Below, one piece after another: positions 53,196 through 64,000 of a stretch of 64,000 nucleotides of DNA. A model generated the notes under the pieces. The model saw nothing but the letters and a program-made list of their open reading frames with translations, did not search any database and was not told the origin of the DNA. A program made the translations under genes and the position numbers. Origin of the DNA: Octopus vulgaris (Eukaryota); contig OX597816.1 in NCBI GenBank assembly GCA_951406725.2, positions 171,492,001 to 171,556,000 of the forward strand, read 5' to 3'. The first letter of the stretch is position 1. Every line of letters starts with the position of its first letter.

Positions 53196-53232
<37 letters not shown>

Positions 53233-53302
53233 TATATAAACTTGCTTGGAACTGGATGTGTGGCGTTCAATTAAATAATAATATAAATTATATATATATT
53301 TA

Positions 53303-53711
53303 GGCGTAGGAGTGGCTGTGTGGTAAGTAGCTTGCTTACGAACCACATGGTTCCGGGTTCAGTCCACTGCGTGGCACCTTGGGCAAGTGTCTTCTACTAT
53401 AGCCTTAGGCCGACCAAAGCCTTGTGAGTGGATTTGGTAGACGGAAACTGAAAGAAGCGTGTCGTATATATGTATATATATGTACGTGTGTATGTATGTT
53501 TGTGTGTCTGTGTTTGTCCCCCCCAACATCGCTTGACAACCGATGCTGGTGTGTTTACGTCCCCGCAAATTAGCAGTTTGGCAAAAGAGACCAATAGAAT
53601 AAGTACTAGGCTTACAAAGAATAAGTCCTGGGGTCGATTTGTTTGACTAAAGGCAGTGCTCCAGCATGGCCACAGTCAAATGACTGAAACAAGTAAAAGA
53701 GTAAAAGAGTA
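53303..53711 (+). mobile_element. OK-like SINE
   Basis: Homologous to 8295-8700. Confidence 0.87.
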
Positions 53712-53721
53712 ATATGTATAT

Positions 53722-53778
<57 letters not shown>

Positions 53779-53832
53779 TATGTATATATATATGCATATG
53801 TAGATATATATGCATATATATATGTATACATA

Positions 53833-54630
53833 TCAGGTCATCCCATAAGTTCTGTCCAAATTTTGAATAAAGAAAACAAGTGATTAAATGTTATATTTAA
53901 TTGAAAATTAATCATTAATGTACTTTCCCTGATTATGTAGGACTTCTTACCATATATTTACAAGCTTTTTAATCCAATCAATGTAAAACTCTTTTGGTTT
54001 CAAAGCAAAGAACTCTGAAATGTCAGATTCGACCTTCTCTTGGCTTGCGAAATCCCGATGTCAACTCGGGATTTGAGATTGCTTTCAGACTATTCATGAG
54101 GCACCCATTTTCCAAGTTTAGGAACCTTTCCAAGTTGTTGAAGATGACGATGAATAGTAGTATGGTTTGAACTAAGCTTTATTGCTAATTCTTCAATTGA
54201 TAATGCAGGATTTTCTTTAAGTAATGCCTCAAGGAGCTTATCATCAAACTCAACTGGACGTCCTGTTCTATCTTCATCTTCATGGCTGAAATCTCCACTT
54301 CTGAATTTTGCAAACCATCTTCTGCAAGTTCTTTCATTCGAGCATTCTTTCCCATAAACTGAGTGTATGTTTTTTGATGTCACTTTGGCTGCAGAGTTTC
54401 CATTTTTGTACTCATAAATTATTATGTGCCTCAAATACTCTTCAGACGCTTCCATGTTAGAAAGGGTTTTAATCAAAGAAATTTTACTTCTATTATTCTG
54501 TAAAATATTATTTAATTAGTTTCAATGTACACAAATGCATAAAAATAATTTTTAATTCCATTAGACATTCTAAAATTTCATTCAATTTTAAAAAAGGGTA
54601 AAATCAGACAGAACTTATGGGATGACCTGA
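53833..54630 (-). mobile_element. Internally deleted mariner (798 bp) keeping an N-terminal ORF
   Basis: TA flanks and perfect 24-bp TIR TCAGGTCATCCCATAAGTTCTGTC. ORF 54455-54090 MEASEEYLRHIIIYEYK...RWFAKFRSGDFS.EDEDRTGRP...GKWVPHE*. Confidence 0.9.
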
Positions 54631-55510
54631 TATATAAGTTTGGTTTCACTGATTTTGACTGTAAGGTCAAGATATTTAGTTGTAATTCTGTGCTCATGAA
54701 TTTATACTTTGCTTTTGTCATTTTTCGATGGTTCTAACCAAGACACATTATCCTGAGTTCCTTTATATACCTGGCTGGCAACTGGTTCCCTAATTCCACT
54801 ACGATTCAGTAGTGTTAGTAGCAGGATGTGGGTTGGGCTTCAACAGTAAAAGTAATTTTCAAAAACCTTTACATTCATGCTACTTTGGAAAACCATATTA
54901 GTGTAACAAATTATTAATACTGTGAATATAAATATATTGATAATCTGTACATAAATATATAAATAATCTTTCTCCAGTTTCTTTTTATTTGCTATTGTGC
55001 CCCGCTCTCTCTCTCTCTCTCTCACGTACACAACACACATATAATGATTATTGTACTAGTTCTTGAATTCGTGACTTAATAGCTGGAATAGTTTGTGTGT
55101 CATAATGATGGACATAATACCAAATAGTAGCAGATTTGGTACTTTATACATCTGATGTTGTATCTTGCCATTTACCCTAATGGAATGATGAAGTAGATAT
55201 CAGTAGCATCACTCAAAATTTAACAGTGGTTGAGAGGTGGAGGATATTGGTCAATCTCAAATCCAAATTAAATTCACCTGAGAGATAAACTTTTGATATT
55301 AAATCCTCAAAAGAAGGGATTGATAATTATCGATGTTTTTGATTGTAAAGGACCAACTGCCATTCTTGATCTAGTGGTAAACACAACAAAAGTAAACTGG
55401 CATCAATTTCATAATAATGTTGTTGTAATAATATTGCACTTATTTAAGAATTTTTAGTTTTTATTTATTTGTTTCTTATTCATTTTTTTCTTTCTTTCTT
55501 TCAGACCAAC

Positions 55511-55682
55511 ATGGGATTATTGACTGATCCACGGCAGAGACGACGGTTTGTTCGTATAATTTCACACTACAATAACCGTCTCTGTGCCTTGTTTTATATC
55601 TCTGGACTAATCTGGTTTTTCGGATTAGCTTACATCCATCTTAATGCAGGAACATACTTTTCTGAAAATGCTTTATTACCTG
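55511..55682 (+). CDS. GPAA1: GPI transamidase component GPAA1, coding exon 1
   Basis: Polypyrimidine tract plus TCAG acceptor ending at 55504, ATG at 55511. Translates as MGLLTDPRQRRRFVRIISHYNNRLCALFYISGLIWFFGLAYIHLNAGTYFSENALLP, matching the GPAA1/Gaa1 N-terminus (MGLLxDP, TM helix, TYxSENA). Donor G|GTAAGC, phase 1. Confidence 0.95.
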
Positions 55683-55829
55683 GTAAGCTTTCCAATTGCT
55701 GATCATCATCATCATCGTTATCATTTTCGTTCAGTGTCTATTTGTGTCTGTGTTTTTCCCACCACTTGACAACTGGTGCTGGTGTGTTTATAACTTAGTG
55801 GTTTGGCAAAAGTGACTGATAGGATATAT

Positions 55830-56058
55830 ATATTTCTTTACTACCCACAAGGGGCTAAACACAGAGGGGACAAACAAGGACAGACAAAGGGATTAAGTCG
55901 ATTACATCGACCCCAGTGCGTAACTGGTACTTAATTTATCGACCCCGAAAGGATGAAAGGCAAAGTTGACCTCGGCGGAATTTAAACTCGGAACGTAATG
56001 ACAGATGAAATACGGCTACGAATTTCGCCCAGCGTGCTAACGTTTCTGCCAGCTCGCC
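55830..56058 (-). mobile_element. Meta-like SINE nested in the 3' half of an OK-like SINE (~55740-56180), GPAA1 intron
   Basis: Homology to the other copies. OK-like sequence lies on both sides. Confidence 0.82.
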
Positions 56059-56246
56059 ATACCAGGCTTAAAAAGAAAATAAGTACTTTGGGATCAATGC
56101 ATTCAACTAAAAATTCCTCAAGGCGGTGCCCCAGCATGGCTGCAGTCTAATGACTGAAACAAGTAAAAGATAAAAGATAAAACATTTCAAATATTATACT
56201 TGAAATAGATTGTAATTATAATTTGCATTTTTCTATTCTTTTACAG

Positions 56247-56331
56247 GTTTAGTAGAAGGCAACTTTTATTCTGATGCTGATGTCAAGTTTTACAAGAATG
56301 AAATAAAAAAAGCTATGGACAAAGACAAAAG
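56247..56331 (+). CDS. GPAA1: GPAA1 coding exon 2
   Basis: TTTTACAG acceptor. 85 nt continuing the frame as GLVEGNFYSDADVKFYKNEIKKAMDKDK. Donor AG|GTGGGT, phase 2. Confidence 0.88.
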
Positions 56332-56467
56332 GTGGGTTTAAAAATGCCTTTTTTTTAATAATATACTTACAATATTCTGGTTATCATACCTGCTGAATAA
56401 AAGTGATAATTCTTAGAAAATAGCACACCACATGATGTTTCTTTTAAAGTTGTAGTGTTGTTTAGAT

Positions 56468-56880
56468 TACTCTTTACTCTTTTACTTGTTTCAGTCATTT
56501 TGACTGCAGCCATGCTGGAGCACCGCCTTTAGTCGAGCAAATCAACCCCGGGACTTATTCTTTGTAAGCCCAGTACTTATTGTATCGGTCTCTTTTGCCG
56601 AACCGCTAAGTGATGGGAAAGTAAACATACCAGCATCGGTTGTCAAGCAATGCTAGGGGGACAAACACAGACACACAAACATATACACACACATACATAC
56701 ATATATATACATATATACGACAGGCTTCTTTCAGTTTCCGTCTACCAAATCCACTCACAAGGCTTTGGTCAGCCCGAGGCTATAGCAGAAGACACTTGCC
56801 CAAGATGCCACACAGTGGGACTGAACCCGGAACCATGTGGTTGGTAAGCAAGCTACTTACCACACAGCCACTCCTACGCC
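56468..56880 (-). mobile_element. OK-like SINE, GPAA1 intron
   Basis: Reverse homologue of 53303-53711. Confidence 0.87.
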
Positions 56881-56904
56881 TATAGATTGAAGAGGATTAC
56901 ACTA

Positions 56905-57455
56905 CATCATCATCATCGTCATCGTTTAACGTCCGCTTTCCATGCTAGCATGGGTTGGACGGTGCAACTGGGGTCTGGGAAGCCAGAAGGCTGCACCAAG
57001 CCCAGTCTGATCTGGCAATGTTTCTACGGCTGGATGCCCTTCCTAACACCAACCACTCCGTGAGTGTAGTGGGTGCTTTTTACGTGCCACCGGTACAGGT
57101 GCCAGACGGAGCTGGCAAACGGCCACGATAGGATGATGCTTTTTACATGCCACCGGCACGGAGGCCAGGCGAGGCTGGCAACGGACACGATCGGATGGTG
57201 TTTGTTACGTGCCACCGGCACGGAGGCCAGTCGGGGCGGCACTGGCAATGGTCACGTTCGGATGGTTCTCTTATGTGCCACCGGCACTGGTATCACAGCT
57301 GCTATTTCCATTGATGTTGATCGATTTTGATTTTGATTTTCACTTGCCTCAACAGGTCTTCACAAGTAGAGTTTTGTGTCCCAAGAAGAAAAGGTATGCA
57401 TAAGTGGACTGAGGCCATGGGTTATGGACTCACTTGTCCTGCCGGGTCTTCTCAC
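56905..57455 (-). mobile_element. RTE LINE complete 3' UTR with last ORF codons
   Basis: Minus strand begins ...EKTRQDK*, then UTR, tandem units, distal part and (GAT)n tail. Confidence 0.78.
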
Positions 57456-57479
57456 ATCTTCAATGAATATGATACTGAA

Positions 57480-57798
57480 GGTGTGTGGCTTAGTGGTTAG
57501 GGTATTTGGCTCTCAATCATAAGGTTTTGAGTTCGACTCCGAACAACGTGTTGTCCTTGAGCAAGACACTTTATTTCACGTTGCTCCTGTCCACTCAGCT
57601 GGCGAAAATGAGTAGTACCTGTATCTTAAAAGGGCCCACCTTGTTACACTCTGTGTCATGCTGAATCTTCCTGGGAGCTTCGTTAAGGGTACATGTGTCT
57701 GTGGAGTGGTCAGTCACTTACTTGTTAATTTCATGAGTAAGCTGTTCCATTGATCAGATTAACTGGAACCCTCATCATCCTAACTGATGGAGTGCCAG
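57480..57798 (+). mobile_element. Older tRNA-SINE sharing the OR-like 3' half
   Basis: TGGCTTAGTGGTTAG / GAGTTCGACTCC head, CCTTGAGCAAGACACTT, then the same 3' half as 46440-46630. Confidence 0.7.
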
Positions 57799-57964
57799 TT
57801 ACTGCTAGGTGCAGGCGTGGCTATATGGTAAGAAGTTTGTCTCCCAATCTCAAGGTCTTGGATTCAGTGTCTCCTACTATAGCTTTGAGCCAATGAAACC
57901 CTTGTGAGTGGATTTGGTAAATGGAAACTGAAAGGAGCCCATCACATATATATATATATGTGTG

Positions 57965-58001
<37 letters not shown>

Positions 58002-58004
<3 letters not shown>

Positions 58005-58405
58005 CCAGCCTCGCCTGGCCCCCGTGCCGGTGACACGTAAAAGCACCATCCGTTTCGTGGCCGTTTGCCAGCTCTGTCTGGCCCCTGTGTTGGTGGCACG
58101 TAAAAGCACCATCCGTTCGTGTCCGTTGCCAGCCTCGCCTGGCCCCCGTGCCGGTGACACATAAAAACACCATCCGTTCATGGCCGTTTGCCAGCTCTGT
58201 CTGGCATCTGTGCGAGTGGCACGTAAAAAGCACCCACTACACTCACGGAGTGGTTGGCGTTAGGAAGGGGCATCCAGCCGTAGAAACACTGCCAGATCTG
58301 ACTGGGCCTGATGAAGCCTTCCAGCTTCACAGACCCCAGTTGAACCGTCCAACACATGCTAGCATGGAGAACGGACGCTAAATGATGATGATGATGATGA
58401 TGATG

Positions 58406-58407
<2 letters not shown>
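58002..58407 (+). mobile_element. 5'-truncated RTE 3' UTR copy
   Basis: About 4 tandem units and (GAT)n tail. Confidence 0.82.
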
Positions 58408-58437
<30 letters not shown>

Positions 58438-59480
58438 ATATATTATTGAACACACATATACAGTGTACAGGCTCTGCTTGTTTGCTGGTAGGCTGTAATT
58501 CGACACAGTGGAGATGACTGTCAAAGTGCCGGATGTTAAATCATCTGAAATCATAGACAGACAAAACAACTCACCCCAAGTCCCGTTTAGGAGCAATGGG
58601 CATCGATGTTTTGCCATTTTTGTGGCTTATCAACATCATGTACCTGAACCGAACTGGAGATGAAGTGAATCGCCTGTCCATTCCATATCTACAATGGTGT
58701 AAAAACCATCTGCTGGTATGCCCAGATGATGCCTACATAGTAATAAACCTAAATATGATTCAGAAGCAGTGCTAGTGTTGTTCAGTAAAATTGTATTATA
58801 TACATATTAGAGGGAAACCACTATGTGGAACATGGTTTACGGAATATGGTAATAGTGAAACATGTATGCGAATAATCCATATTTTTGTTGCTTTTTCTTT
58901 TGTCTTGCTCAATTACGTTTTGGTTGTTTTGCTAAATTTTTGTTGAGAACATTTCTTAGTAGTAAGATCATAGCGGATCTATATCTAGCATAAGAGTGTC
59001 TCTAATATATATATATAATATACATAATGTATATTATTTGTATGTGTGTTACTGTCTGGTTATTGGAAATATTACTTTATTTGGAAATAGGTGAGGGTTG
59101 GCAACAAGAAGGGTGTAACAGAAACAGCTATGTATCAAGACATTAGTATATGTATGCAAGAGAAACTGTTCCACTTGCTTTAATATAAGATTCAAATTGA
59201 GGATGAACACTAAGCTTTAAAAAAGCTGTTTATGAGGAGGTGGGAAGTACTTGAAAAAATGTATGAATGATATTAGTTAAGTTAATGTATTCAATGCTTG
59301 GAGAATCAAGAAACTCATTTGTTGAAGAGAAAATTGTAATAGAATAGAAGACTAATAGAAATCTCATGAGAGACAACTCTGGATGTGTTTTGGACTATAT
59401 TGACTCCTTCACTGAACCATTATTTACTATAGTTGTTCAAGTAGTGATAAAAAAATCTACCAAGTATCTATAGAAGTTTG

Positions 59481-59885
59481 GGATCTTTTCGGTTTGAATG
59501 GCAGTTTTTAACATAATTTCTAGGTAATTAAAAGATTTAAAACTTCGTATACTGGTAGAATGTGTTTATAAAACATCTTTTTCTCTTGGCTTTATTGAGA
59601 AAATTCTATAGTTTGTAAGATATTAGTTGTTTTTTTTTCTTCAATTTCTGCAATTTTAACCAATCAATTGCGTCTATTGAGGTAAAAAACATTCTGTGCC
59701 ATATGAATAAGTCCCTTGTTTAAGAAACAGATTGGGTTTATTTATATTTGTGAAGAAAAAAAAATACCCTAACCCTAACCCTAAAACAGATTGAAATGCA
59801 ATAGATCGATACTAGGGTCATAATTATGGGTGACAATTTCATATGACACCGCTAGAAAAAACTGCCGTTCAAACCGAAAAGATCC
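59481..59885. mobile_element. Merlin-like MITE
   Basis: Family TIRs. Flanks GAAGTTTG and GAAGATTG. Confidence 0.85.
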
Positions 59886-60452
59886 GAAGATTGTACATGG
59901 TGGACATAGGAAAATAGAATTTCACTCATCATTTTAAATCTGAATTTTGAATGTATTGAAGATGCAGATATGACTTTGTAGTTAAGAAATTTGCTTCCCA
60001 ATCACATTGTTTCAGGTTCAGTCCTACTGCATGACACCTTAGGCAAGTGTCTTCTACTATAGCTCTGTGCCAATCAAAGTCTTAGAATGAATTTGATATA
60101 AGAAATCAAAAAAGCCTCTGTGTGTGTGTGTGTGTGTATGTATTTACATTTGCGCTCCATAGAAGACATTACTTAAGGTGTTACACCGTGGGACTGAACC
60201 TAGAATTATGTATTTGGGGAAGCAAACTTCTTACAACACAACCCCACCTGCGCTTCTTTGCCCTACCTGGGCCTATTGATTCATGTTCTAAATTAATATA
60301 TACCTAAACATGTTGCAATACTTTAGAATTGGGGTAAAGTGAATCCTAAGGTTTTGTTGTTTAGCTCCAGGTTGGCATTTGATAAACAGATCCTTGTTCA
60401 AAAGTATTCCATCCATGAGTATCCCATTACTTTTGTATTTCTTTCCTTTTAA

Positions 60453-60673
60453 CCCTTTAGTGTTTGCATTATTCTGCCAAAGTTTATCCTTTTTTATCAA
60501 CATTACCTTGAACTAATCAGGCATTATCTTGGAGCTATGAGATTTTGATGAGGTAGCTGATAATTTTTAAAACAATATTGTAGGGTTGGTGTGAGAGACT
60601 AGATCTGGCCAGTTTGAACATAAAACAGGCAGAATACTTTTGGCCAGATATGGCCGGTTTAAATGCTAAAGGG
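60453..60673. mobile_element. piggyBac-like MITE
   Basis: TTAA|CCCTTTAG...CTAAAGGG|TTAA. Confidence 0.8.
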
Positions 60674-60918
60674 TTAAAGATGGTAGGATGTAATTCAAGG
60701 GTGATTTGGCAGCTATTTTTTGCAGATTGAAAGACCATGTAAAAACTTCATGGAAATGGGATTTGAAAACAAGAACTTTCTTGATACATTTTGCTTAATT
60801 TAGCATGTTCCTTTTCTCATAACTAAAAAAAAAAATTATCAGATGGTTAAGGCTCTCAGTAATGTACCATTCTTTTCTTCACTCACCATCTTACTCTTTT
60901 TTTAAAAATATTTTTTAG

Positions 60919-61024
60919 TCTGCTGTTACGTGACTGGCTATTTTCAAAGTTTGAAGAACTTGGCTTAGAAGTTTATTTCCAGAATTATTCTGTTCAGTAT
61001 CCTTTACAGTTGCTTGGTGACCAG
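60919..61024 (+). CDS. GPAA1: GPAA1 coding exon 3
   Basis: TTTTTTAG acceptor. 106 nt, phase-compatible, SLLLRDWLFSKFEELGLEVYFQNYSVQYPLQLLGDQ (WL...GLEVYxQ motif of GPAA1). Donor CAG|GTAATT. Confidence 0.92.
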
Positions 61025-61077
61025 GTAATTATAAGATTTATATTTATTTATTGACTTTTTCACTATTTATTTCCTTG

Positions 61078-61351
61078 GCTGGCTTCTGTACCGGTGGCAC
61101 GTTAAAAGCTTCAACCGATCATGGCCGATGCCGGACCCCCCCTGGCACCTGTGCAGGTGGCACGTAAAAAGCACCCACTACACTCACAGAGTGGTTGGCG
61201 TTAGGAAGGGTATCCAGCTGTAGAAACTCTGCCAGATCAGACTGGAGCCTGGTGCAGCCCCTGGCTTCCCAGACCCCGGTCGAACCGTCCAACCCGTGCT
61301 AGCGCGGAAAACGGACGTTAAACGATGATGATGATGATGATGATGATGATG
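61078..61351 (+). mobile_element. 5'-truncated RTE 3' UTR copy
   Basis: Family sequence and (GAT)n tail, about 50 nt downstream of the exon 3 donor. Confidence 0.8.
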
Positions 61352-61845
61352 TTTATGTTGTCTGAAATGAATTCATTCAAGTCTTACTACACAGTTGAGT
61401 TGTAAATCTTATATTGTAAAAGAGAAGATGATCTCCAACTGACTGTCTGTAGTAACATCTGTGTAGTGAGAGGGAAGGGGAGGAGAAAAAGTTGTTATTG
61501 AACAAAAAATACAGTGAGAGAGAGCAAGAGAGAGAGAATGTGTGAAAGAGAGACAGAATGCTTGGAACGAAGTGGATTGTACTAAAATATACTTAATGGC
61601 TAGGTGGTAGTATTTAACTAAGCAACAGATGGAGTTTGTAACCCAAGAACAGGAATGGCTTCATTGAAAGGCTTCCATACAGTTTCCTTCTACCAAAAAG
61701 TATCTTGGTAATGAAGTAGAGAGTACATCAATCTCATAATTAAAACTTACTGAATAAACTGAAAATAGCTCGTTACTTATGTATAATAATGAGTTTTGTG
61801 CAAATATCCTTCTTATATTTTCTATATAAATGTGTTTAATTTCAG

Positions 61846-62014
61846 AAAGTCCCTGGTCAAAATGTTTATGCTATTTTAAGGGCTCCTCGTGCTTCAAGTA
61901 CAGAAGCAGTGGTTCTTTCTGTCCCTATACGCTCTAAGAATATGATCTCTAAAACACTGACTGATACCAGTGGGGGAATCGCTCTCATGCTCGCTTTAAC
62001 CAAGTTCTTCAAAA
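61846..62014 (+). CDS. GPAA1: GPAA1 coding exon 4 (gene continues beyond window)
   Basis: TTTCAG acceptor. KVPGQNVYAILRAPRASSTEAVVLSVPIRSKNMISKTLTDTSGGIALMLALTKFFK, containing the NVYxILRAPRxxSTE motif of Gaa1. Donor A|GTAAGT. Confidence 0.95.
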
Positions 62015-62132
62015 GTAAGTTAACCTTTGAGTAAATCAGTTGATATCAAAATATGTATATTTGCTAATAAACTTATTGTTCAAGTTTTGAATTTGCTATT
62101 TCCACTTGCATAACTTGCAAATGGAACACTCT

Positions 62133-62440
62133 GTGGAGGCACATGGCCTAGTGGTTAGAGCAGCGGACTCGTGGTCGAGGGATCGTGAGTTCGAATCTCA
62201 GATCGGGTGATGTGTGTGTTTATGAGCGAAAACACCTAAGCTCCACGCGGCTCTGGCATAAGGTAATGGCGAACTTCTGCTGACTCTTTCGCCACAACTT
62301 TCTCTCACTCTTTCCTCCTGCATCTTGCAGCTTACCTGCGACGGACCGGCGTCCCGTCCAGGTGGGGAACCTATATGCCAAGAAACTAAGAAACTAGCCC
62401 TTATGAGCCAGGCATGGCTCAAGAAGGAACAAACAAAAAA
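62133..62440 (+). mobile_element. tRNA-SINE with OR-like head and a different 3' half
   Basis: GTGGAGGCACATGGCCTAGTGGTTAGAGCAGCGGACTCG head. 14-bp TSD AAATGGAACACTCT. Confidence 0.85.
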
Positions 62441-62591
62441 AAATGGAACACTCTGTAATTAGAAGTGAATGTCAGTGTTTATGAGATTAATCAGTAATTT
62501 ATTCATCTTCAAAGGATCTGTTATTACCAAATGTCTGTTCTCTGAAGAAAACACTTTTTCTCTCATAAACACTACAGCTCCACCGCCTCCT

Positions 62592-62946
62592 CATCATTTA
62601 GTGTCCATTTTCCATGCTAGCATGGGTTAGATGGTCTGACGGGAACTGGTAAGCTGGAGAGCTTCTACCTGGCTCCAGTCTGGTTTGGCTTGGTTGCTAT
62701 GGCTGGATGCCCTTCATAACACCAACTACTCCACAGAGTGTACTGGGTGCCTTTTACATAATCACCAACACAAGTGTCTTTTATGTGTCACCAGCACTGG
62801 CCACAACTAATGATTTCATTTAGCTTGACGTGTCTTCTCATGCTGAACAAATTATCAAGTCTCAGTCACTTGTCATCACCTCCATGAGACTCAACATCAC
62901 TACCTTATCCCTCATCTTCCTGGGTCTACCTCTTCCACAGGTTCCA
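62592..62946 (-). mobile_element. Older RTE 3' end (ORF C-terminus plus 3' UTR)
   Basis: Minus strand GTCGRGRPRKM...MTSD...EKT, followed by a diverged version of the family 3' UTR. Confidence 0.7.
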
Positions 62947-63022
62947 AAAATGGTCGAATGGATATTAGGGTTCCAGCTCATACGATTTGAGTTTTAGTGC
63001 ATTGCAAGTATTTTATTATGGA

Positions 63023-63621
63023 CTAGGAGTATCGCCCGGCATTGCTCGGGTTTGTAAGGGAAATAACTATATAAGCATTTTTAGAGAGTTATAGCCAAAA
63101 AATAGCAAAAACATGCATTAAAAATGGAAAGAAAATTATGGTAAATTTTTTAAAAAATCGTTGACTCATCGTAGACATTTTTAGAGAGTTACTTCCCTTA
63201 TATAATAGTGAAAAAAATGCATTAAAATGGAAAGAATGATGGTAAATTTTTTTTTAAATCATTGACTCATCCTAGACATTTTTAGAGAGTTACTTCCCTT
63301 ATATAATAGCGAAAAAATGCATTAAAATGGAAAAAAATGATGGTAAATTTTTTTTAAAATCGTTGACTCATTGTAGACATTTTTAGAGAGTTACTTCCCT
63401 TATATAATAGCGAAAAAATGCATTAAAATGGAAAAAATGATGGTAAATTTTTTTTTAAATCGTAGACTCATCGTAGACGCGCGCTAATACCCAGAAGGGC
63501 TCGATATGAATCATGACTATAAGATACCCGGTTTTGGTTAAACTGCACCACAAAATGTGGGAGTAGTTAGGAATCTAAATCGTAGGAGATAGAAACACAA
63601 CTTCACTTTTATATATAAAGA
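63023..63621 (-). mobile_element. Non-autonomous Helitron H1 with four ~100-bp internal repeats
   Basis: 5' TCTTTATATATAAAA, 3' hairpin plus CTAG. Confidence 0.85.
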
Positions 63622-64000
63622 CTAGCAGTATCGCCCGGCGTTGCTCGGGTTTGTAAGGGAAATAACTATAGAAGCATTTTTAGAGAGTTATAGCAAAAAA
63701 AATGCATTCAAAATGGAAAAAATATGATGGTAAATTTTTTTTTAAATTGTTGACTCATCGTAGACATTTTTAGAGAGTTACTTCCCTTATATAATAGTGA
63801 AAAAATGCATTAAAATGGAAAAAATGATGGTAAATTTTTTTAAAAATCGTTGACTCATCGTAGACATTTTTAGAGAGTTAATTCCCTTATATAATAGCGA
63901 AAAAATGCATTAAAATGGAAAAAATGAGGTAAATTTTTTTTTAAATCGTAGACTCATTGTAGACGCACGCTAATACCCAGAAGGGCTCGATATGAATCAC
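63622..64000 (-). mobile_element. Second H1 Helitron, directly head-to-tail, running off the window
   Basis: CTAGCAGTATCGCCCGGCGTTGCTCGGG starts immediately after the previous copy. Confidence 0.85.

Overview
AT-rich, repeat-dense animal genomic DNA. The SINE, RTE and MITE families and the long (TA)n/(CA)n tracts point to an octopus, which is an inference. One host protein-coding gene is clearly supported: the 5' part of GPAA1 (GPI transamidase subunit) on the + strand. It has four coding exons at 55511-62014, continues past the window, and may have a non-coding first exon near 34.8-35.0 kb. A CpG-rich promoter-like region with a perfect minus-strand splice donor at about 15.8 kb suggests a second gene running leftwards out of the window. 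The rest is nested transposon debris: three tRNA-derived SINE groups, 5'-truncated RTE, CR1 and HERO-like LINEs, mariner/Tc1/pogo/hAT relics, piggyBac-like and Merlin-like MITEs, and non-autonomous Helitrons. The most striking observations are three. (1) A hammerhead-ribozyme-like RNA with all three core strands present but in a non-circularly permuted order, in the 3' part of a HERO-like retrotransposon (25017-25128). (2) Head-to-tail composite Helitrons carrying captured DNA (49241-53185, 63023-64000). (3) A pre-miRNA-like hairpin present twice through an inverted duplication (25748-27099). All family names come from recognised motifs, not database searches.
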